From: Eutreptiella sp. 'Long Island Sound 2002'
Taxonomy: Eukaryota; Protista; Euglenida
Direction of reading: 5' to 3'
Length of the DNA stretch: 64,000 nt
Assembly: GCA_964036045.1 (NCBI GenBank)
Contig: OZ038378.1
Coordinates: 179,180,001-179,244,000 of the forward strand
Of this stretch, positions 57,179 through 64,000 are shown piece after piece. The position numbers were made by a program, and so were the translations under genes. Each line of letters begins with the position of its first letter. Within the stretch, counting starts at the first letter, position 1. The notes beneath the pieces were generated by a model, which worked only from the letters and a program-made list of their open reading frames with translations, was not told the DNA's origin and did not search any database.

Positions 57179-60100
57179 TAACTGTGCAAGCGATGGTTGG
57201 CGAACCCCTATCCCCCGGCGCCCTTACCCACCAAGCACGGCCCGAGTGCAGACGAACCAATGCCATCCTGCCAGGCCCATGTATCCAATCGCAGTTGGCT
57301 GTCCTCTCTGGGGCTCATGAACATTCAAACGAGCCCTGTTTGCCACGCCGACAATGTGATTTGCATAACAGACAATTTCTCTATAAAAGGACCGGGCATA
57401 AGTGTATCACGGGCAGCCGTCAATTTTAATTGTACTCTGACGCCCTCACACGAACCCTGCAACTGATTAATACTGATACTGATACCGATACTGATACTGA
57501 TATTGATTGCCGACACTGATGCTCTCACCCCTGTTACGGGTACACATCAACCCCGAGTAGGGCCATGCATCCAAAGTTGGCGTATTCCGCACCAACCAAC
57601 CAATTGTGATGTTGTCTGCTGTCTCCTCGTTCTCTGAGGGTTCATGTGTACATAGCGCAAAGACGCCCGACTGTCGATGTGCCAAGCGACTGCCATGACA
57701 CAGAAGAATCTACACGACGCACTCCGCTGCACACCGAACACACAGAAGCATGCCCAATGGTAGCCCTGGCCCGATTCCGAATCGCAGCCCCAGCCCTGCC
57801 CTAACCTCCAGCCCGAGCCCTGGCCCTCGCCCGATCTACCCACAGGGGCTACCTGTGTCTTCGCATGTGAGGCACAGGTCTTCTCAGCATGTGATGCTCG
57901 AAATAACGGCGAAAAATTTTCCTGTGCCGACAGTCATTTGCGGATGGATACCGATGCTTTGTGCACAGGCTTGGTGAACAAAAGGCTCTGAGCATGTGAT
58001 GCCCCGTTGTTGTACATGTGTTGGCGTCTCAGGGCCGCTTGCACATGCGAACTGATGGTGGGAAATGACGGTCTGTGGTACTTTCTGGGGGTATGGCCAG
58101 TCGTCAACGATAGATAATCAGTGTCGGCACATGTATGTCGGCACACCGTGTGAAGCTACAGGTCAGACTGTACATTACACTGGACCTACTGTCCAAGTGC
58201 GTCAGGTGGATTCACCTCCTGTTGGGGGCTGCTACACACGCCAAGCGTCGGAACACACACAACAAAAGGAAAGTCAGTATCGGCACATACCAAATGTTGA
58301 TTGTACTGCCCCAACCGTCGACGAAAGCCCGCCCCCGCCAGCCCAATGCGACACACAGAATGCCTCCTGTGATCCATACAGCCCCTTGCCCCCTCAATAC
58401 AACCCCCCCCCCCCCCCCGCTTGAAGAATGCATGGTCCACCATCATCACTTTGTGGTGAGGTCGGTATATGCTAATGATTCCCCTATAGTTCCACAGCTT
58501 CTGTCGCACATTCTGCCGCAACTATCCTGCAGGGACGATGCATGATGCTGTGATTTATATGGTTGGGCTGTGAACTCGGCCAAAGAGCCTTTGCGGTGCC
58601 TTGCAGACACGCAGCGCAGCGTAGGAGAGTACAAAGAAGAAATTGCAGAGCGCGCAACACCACGAAGCTGTGTGGAGACCAAAGTGTATCTGGGGTGCTT
58701 TTTTATGGGTGACAAGGGTCCCCTGATGAGGAAAGAAGAGAGAGAGAAAAGCTGGTTCTTTAAGCACCACCGTGGGAGATGGTACGATACACCCCGCTGC
58801 ACCTCCACCTCAGGTGATATCACTCTCAAGCATATTGCCGATTGGATCAATACTGTTCAGCATCATGAAGGATCCAATGTCAGATGGTCCAGGAGCACAG
58901 AGACCTGGGCGGTGCTGCAATCAAGGTGCACGCTTTCTGAAGAACAGAGCCGTCCATTTGAAGCGGCTGGTCAATTCATGCAGAGGAGTTTGGCTGCCAA
59001 AAGCTAGCAAACACACACACAAGGCAGCATTTTGATCCAAATAGGCAAGGGGGAAAAAGAATGAAGTGAGGACTAGGGGTGCCCGGGGCTCCTCCTTGGG
59101 AGTGCCTTGCAATGCCCAACCCACTAAGTGAAATACACACTACGACCCCTGAAATGGATGACCACACACTCAGTCAATGTTGGAGTGGGCTATTGGCTGT
59201 AGTGGAATGCCCTCCAGCCCTGTCCACTGCAGTGGCACATTATGTGCAACATTGCACATCATCTGTCCCTGCACTTCGTCTGCATACTTTCCTGAGGTCG
59301 GCTCCTACTGCAGCAGCTGAGTCACCTTAGGGGTGCTGCCCTGTTCTTGGGGTACCTGCATGGCAGATGATAAGGGGCATATTCTGCTCCAGTATGAGCG
59401 GAAAAGCCCAACTGAGTGGTAGAGTGAAGCGGCTGCCAATCTGTACAAGCTGCAGACCTTACTACGACAGACATCTGGTAGAAGTGATAGAAGTGGACAC
59501 CAGGCAAATAACTCTAGGACTGCCCCCGAAGGCATAAGCACCACAACAAGTGGCCGAGAAGAGACCTCACCGCTTGGCGGAGGAAGCTTGGGGCCATAGC
59601 ATCCAAGGCAAACGGCACAAGGTCGTGCTGGGTGTGCCTTGCCATTATGCATGTGGGGCTCCTTCAGGCGCCACTGTCCATCAACCAGTCAAAATGCATT
59701 GCGGGCGAGAGCAGAGCATATCTGAAGGTGGTTACAGCACAAGTAGCAATCCCAACCACCAGCCTGAACAATCAATGTGAACCAAGGGAGCTGGGGTCCC
59801 TCCGGGTGTATGCTCCTGGCCTACCTGTACAATAACAAGCAGCAGCTAGCACACTGGGCTGATTAACCCACCTGACACGGAGGCCAAAGTTGCTACACGA
59901 ACATGCCAAGCAAGCTATGGCCAAGTGCATTGGACCGTGTGCATACTAGAACTGGGGCCGAGCAGCCCTAGGTCGCAGTGGAGCACTGGATACAATTCTT
60001 ATGTTGACCCTCATCCTTATCTGGACAGTTGCCGTTTTTTGGTAAGGATGGTAGGTTGGTGTTGCTGCCTATGGCTTATGGGAATGCTAACCGTGTGGCG

Positions 60101-60208
60101 CCTGCAGCGCGCCCTGCGATGTGTCCTACGGCGTGCAGTTTGGGTAGTTGTCCCAGAATACAGGCGGAACAGTGGTGCATACATTTACACACTTTTTACA
60201 TATTGTAT

Positions 60209-60496
60209 CCCCCCCATACACCACTTTTTGGGTCCGTGGTAAAACTTAGTAAAATTTTTTTAAACTTTTTTTTACTAAGTTTCAAAACTTAGCAAAAAAT
60301 ATTTATTTACTAAGTTCTTCCTTCTGGGGGTGGGTTTTTTACTAAGCAAATTACTTAGTAAAAATTTTTTTTTTTACTAAGTCAATTACTTAGTAGATTT
60401 TTTTTTTACTAAGTAAATTGCTGAGTAGAAAATTTTTTTTTTACGAAGTAAATGATTTACCCAAAAAATAAGTTTTCCCACTTCTGACTGCCACTA
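60209..60496. repeat. AT-rich TTTACTAAG(T) tandem block leading into the satellite
   Basis: Starts with a C-run (60209), followed by about 8 imperfect copies of TTTTTACTAAGT/ACTTAGTAAAA in both orientations, directly abutting the first satellite monomer. Confidence 0.7.
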
Positions 60497-63400
60497 GGAC
60501 CACTTGTGGGCTATTTCTGATATTGTCCCCCCACTCTGAAATCCACGCTTTGTTGTGTGGCCCCCAAAAAATAAGATTTTCCATTTCTGACTGCTGCCAC
60601 TTCTGATTCTGCCCCCCGCTGTGAAGCGGTGGGCACTCCCCAAGCGGAAGGGGTTATGTAGCCACCTTGCCCACTTGTGGGCCACCTGTGATTCTGCCCC
60701 CTGCTGTGAAGCGGTGGGGACCCCCTAGGCGGCAGGGGCTATGTAGCCACCTTGCCCACTTGTGGGCCACCTCTGATTGTGCCCCCCGCTCTAAAGCGGT
60801 GGGGACCCCCCAGGCGGTAGGGGTTATGTAGCCACCTTGCCCACTTGTGGGCCACCTCTGATTGTGCCCCCCGCTCTGAAGCGGTGAGGACCCTCGAGGC
60901 GGTAGGGGTTATGTAGCCACCTTGCCCATTTGTGGGCCACCTCTGTTCTGCCCCGTGCTATGAAGCGGTGGGGACCTGCTAGGCGGTAGGGGTTATGTAG
61001 CCACCTTGCCCATTTGTGGGCCACCTCTGTTCTGCCCCGTGCTATGAAGCGGTGGGGACCTGCTAGGCGGTAGGGGTTATGTAGCCACCTTGCCCACTTG
61101 TGGGCCACCTCTGATTGTGCCCCCCGCTCTAAAGCGGTGGGGACCCCCCAGGCGGTAGGGGTTATGTAGCCACCTCGAGGCGCTACGGGTTATGTAGCCA
61201 CCTTGCCCATTTGTGGGCCACCTCTGTTCTGCCCCGTGCTATTAAGCGGTGGGGACCTGCTAGGCGGTAGGGGTTATGTAGCCACCTTGCCCACTTGTGG
61301 GCCACCTCTAATTGTGCCCCCCCGCTCTAAAGCGGTGGGGACCCCCCAGGCGGTAGGGGTTATGTAGCCACCTCGAGGCGCTAGGGGTTATGTAGCCACC
61401 TTGCCCATTTGTGGGCCACCTCTGTTCTGCCCCGTGCTATGAAGCGGTGGGGACCTGCTAGGCGGTAGGGGTTATGTAGCCACCTTGTCCACTTGTGGGC
61501 CACCTCTGATCCTGCCCCCCGCTCTGAAGCGCTGGGGACCCCCCAGTCGGTAGGGGTTATGTAGCCACCTTGCCCACTTGTGGGCCACCTCTGATTCTGC
61601 CCCCCGCTATGAAGCGGTGGGGACCCCCCAGGCGGTAGGGGTTATGTAGCCACCTTGCCCACTTGTGGGCCACCTCTGATTCTGCCCCCTGCTCTCAAGC
61701 GGTGAGGACCCTCGAGGCGGTAGGGGTTATGTAGCCACCTTGCCCACTTGTGGGCCACCTCTGATTCTGCCCCCCGCTCTGAAGCGGTGAGGACCCCCAA
61801 GGCGGTAGGGGTTATGTAGCCACCTTGCCCATTTGTGGGCCACCTCTGTTCTGCCCCCCGCTTTGAAGCGGTGGGGACCCCCAAGGCGGTAGGGGTTATG
61901 TAGCCACCTTGCCCATTTGTGGGCCACTTCTGATTCTGCCCCCCGCTTTGAAGCGGTGGGGACCCCCCAGGCGGTAGGGGTTATGTAGCCACCTTGCCCA
62001 TTTGTGGGCCACTTCTGATCTGCCCCCCGCTTTGAAGCGGTGGGTACCCCCCAGGCGGCAGGGGTTATGTAGCCACCTTGCCCATTTGTGGGCCACCTGT
62101 GATTGTGCCCCCCGCTCTGAAGCGGTGGGCACCCCCCAGGCGGTAGGGGTTATGTAGCCACCTTGCCCACTTGTGGGCCACCCCTGATTCTGCCCCCCGC
62201 TATGAAGCGGTGTGGACCCTCGAGACGGCAGGGGTTATGTAGCCACCTTGCCCATTTGTGGGCCAGCTCTGATTCTGCCCCCTGCTCTGAAGCGGTGAGG
62301 ACCCCCAAGGCGGTAGGGGTTATGTAGCCACCTTGCCCATTTGTGGGCCACTTCTGATTCTGCCCCCTGCTCTGAAGCGGTGGGGACCCCCTCGGCGGTA
62401 GGGGTTATGTAGCCACCTTGCCCATTTGTGGGCCACCTCTGTCCTGCCCCCCGCTCTGAAGCGGCGGGGACCCGCTAGGCGGTAGGGGGTATGTAGCCAC
62501 CTTGCCCACTTCTGGGCCACCTGTGGTTGTGCCCCCCGCTGTGAAGCGGTGGGCACCCCCCAGGCGGTAGGGGTTACGTAGCCACCTTGCCCACTTGTGG
62601 GCCACCTCTGATTCTGCCCCCCGCTATGAAGCGGTGAGGACCCTCGAGGCGGTAGGGGTTATGTAGCCACCTTGCCCACTTGTGGGCCACCTCTGATTCT
62701 GCCCCCCGCTTTGAAGCGGTGAGGACCTCCAAGGCGGTAGGGGTTATGTAGCCACCTTGCCCATTTGTGGGCCACTTCTGATTCTGCCCCCTGCTCTGAA
62801 GCGGTGGGGCCCCCTCGGCGGTAGGGGTTATGTGGCCACCTTGCCCATTTGTGGGCCACCTCTGTCCTGCCCGCCGCTCTGAAGCGGCGGGGACCCGCTA
62901 GGCGGTAGGGGGTATGTAGCCACCTTGCCCACTTGTGGGCCACCTGTGATTGTGCCCCCCGCTGTGAAGCGGTGGGGACCCCCCAGGCGGTAGGGGTTAT
63001 GTAGCCACCTTGCCCACTTGTGGGCCAGCTCTGATTCTGCCCCCCGCTATGAAGCGGTGGGGACCCTCGAGACGGCAGGGGTTATGTAGCCACCTTGCCT
63101 ATTTGTGGGCCACTTCTGATTCTGCCCCTTGCTCTGAAGCGGTGGGGACCCCCTCGGCGGTAGGGGTTATGTAGCCACCTTGCCCATTTGTGGGCCACCT
63201 CTGTTCTGCCCCCCGCTCTGAAGCGGTGGGGACCCCCTAGGCGGCAGGGGTTATGTAGCCACCTTGCCCACTTGTGGGCCACCTGTGATTGTGCCCCCCG
63301 CTCTGAAGCGGTGGGGACCCTCGAGGTGGCAGGGGTTATGTAGCCACCTTGCCCACTTGTGGGCCACTTCTGATTTTGCCCCCTGCTTTGAAGCGGTGGG

Positions 63401-64000
63401 GACCCCCCAAGGCGGTAGGGGTTATGTAGCCACCTTGCCCATTTGTGGGCCACTTCTGATTCTACCCCCCGCGCTGAAGCGGTGGGGACCCCCTCGGCGG
63501 TAGGGGTTATGTAGCCACCTTGCCCATTTGTGGGCCACCTCTGTTCTGCCCCCCGCTCTGAAGCGGTGGGGACCCCCTAGGCGGCAGGGGTTATGTAGCC
63601 ACCTTGCCCACTTGTGGGCCACCTGTGATTGTGCCCCCCGCTCTGAAGCGGTGGGGACCCTCGAGGTGGCAGGGGTTATGTAGCCACCTTGCCCACTTGT
63701 GGGCCACTTCTGATTTTGCCCCCTGCTTTGAAGCGGTGGGGACCCCCCAGGCGGTAGGGGTTATGTAGCCACCTTGCCCATTTGTGGGCCACTTCTGATT
63801 CTGCCCCGTGCTATGAAGCGGTGGGGACCTGCTAGGCGGCAGGGGTTATGTAGCCACCTTGCCCACTTGTGGGTCACCTGTGATTGTGCCCTTCGCTCTG
63901 AAGCGGTGAGGACCCTCGAGGCGGTAGGGGTTATGTAGCCACCTTGCCCACTTGTGGGCCACCTCTGATTGTGCCCCCCGCTCTAAAGCGGTGGGGACCC
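60497..64000. repeat. Satellite array, ~85-bp monomer, about 40 copies, continues past the window edge
   Basis: Consensus approximately GGGGTTATGTAGCCACCTTGCCCACTTGTGGGCCACCTCTGATTCTGCCCCCCGCTCTGAAGCGGTGGGGACCCCCCAGGCGGTA. Measured monomer starts 61553, 61638, 61723 give a period of 85. The first diverged monomers lie near 60497-60600. Confidence 0.97.

Noticed and set aside
58400-60200. Retroelement-like coding remnants (e.g. ORF 58570-59007)
   Set aside because: They look like decayed coding sequence, but I could not identify any RT, endonuclease or zinc-knuckle motif, so no call was made.
60494-63622. Many MAHKWARWLHNP... ORFs, and a possible CRISPR array
   Set aside because: These are translations of the 85-bp satellite. 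The monomers are contiguous with no unique spacers, there are no cas genes, and the context is eukaryotic.

Overview
This is intron-rich eukaryotic (protist-type) nuclear DNA with a heavy repeat load, so the raw ORF track is mostly misleading. I rebuilt the genes by hand from GT-AG exon chains with consistent phases. Three host genes are supported: a POT/PTR2-family proton-dependent oligopeptide transporter (minus strand, 10 clear exons, 3673-12933, 5' end unresolved); the ESCRT-III-associated factor IST1 (plus, 9 exons, 20366-29568); and a POP-type organellar family-A DNA polymerase with an Arg-rich, mitochondrial-like presequence (plus, 9 exons, 40171-54901). The most interesting object is an apparently intact 4.2-kb hAT-like DNA transposon (31209-35410). 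It has perfect 24-bp TIRs and a 9-bp flanking duplication, with the empty target sequence preserved about 60 bp downstream. Its 3-exon, 909-aa transposase has an intact D-D-E triad and a C-terminal SAM domain inside the TIRs. The rest is MITE-like elements (several tipped with poly-C/poly-G), decayed retroelement pieces, tRNA-like heads, a 4x324-bp tandem repeat, a candidate AT-rich pseudogene, and an ~85-bp satellite array running off the right edge. Gene style and repeats suggest a euglenid, but that is recall and inference, not verified. All domain calls are by eye from motifs; no searches were run.
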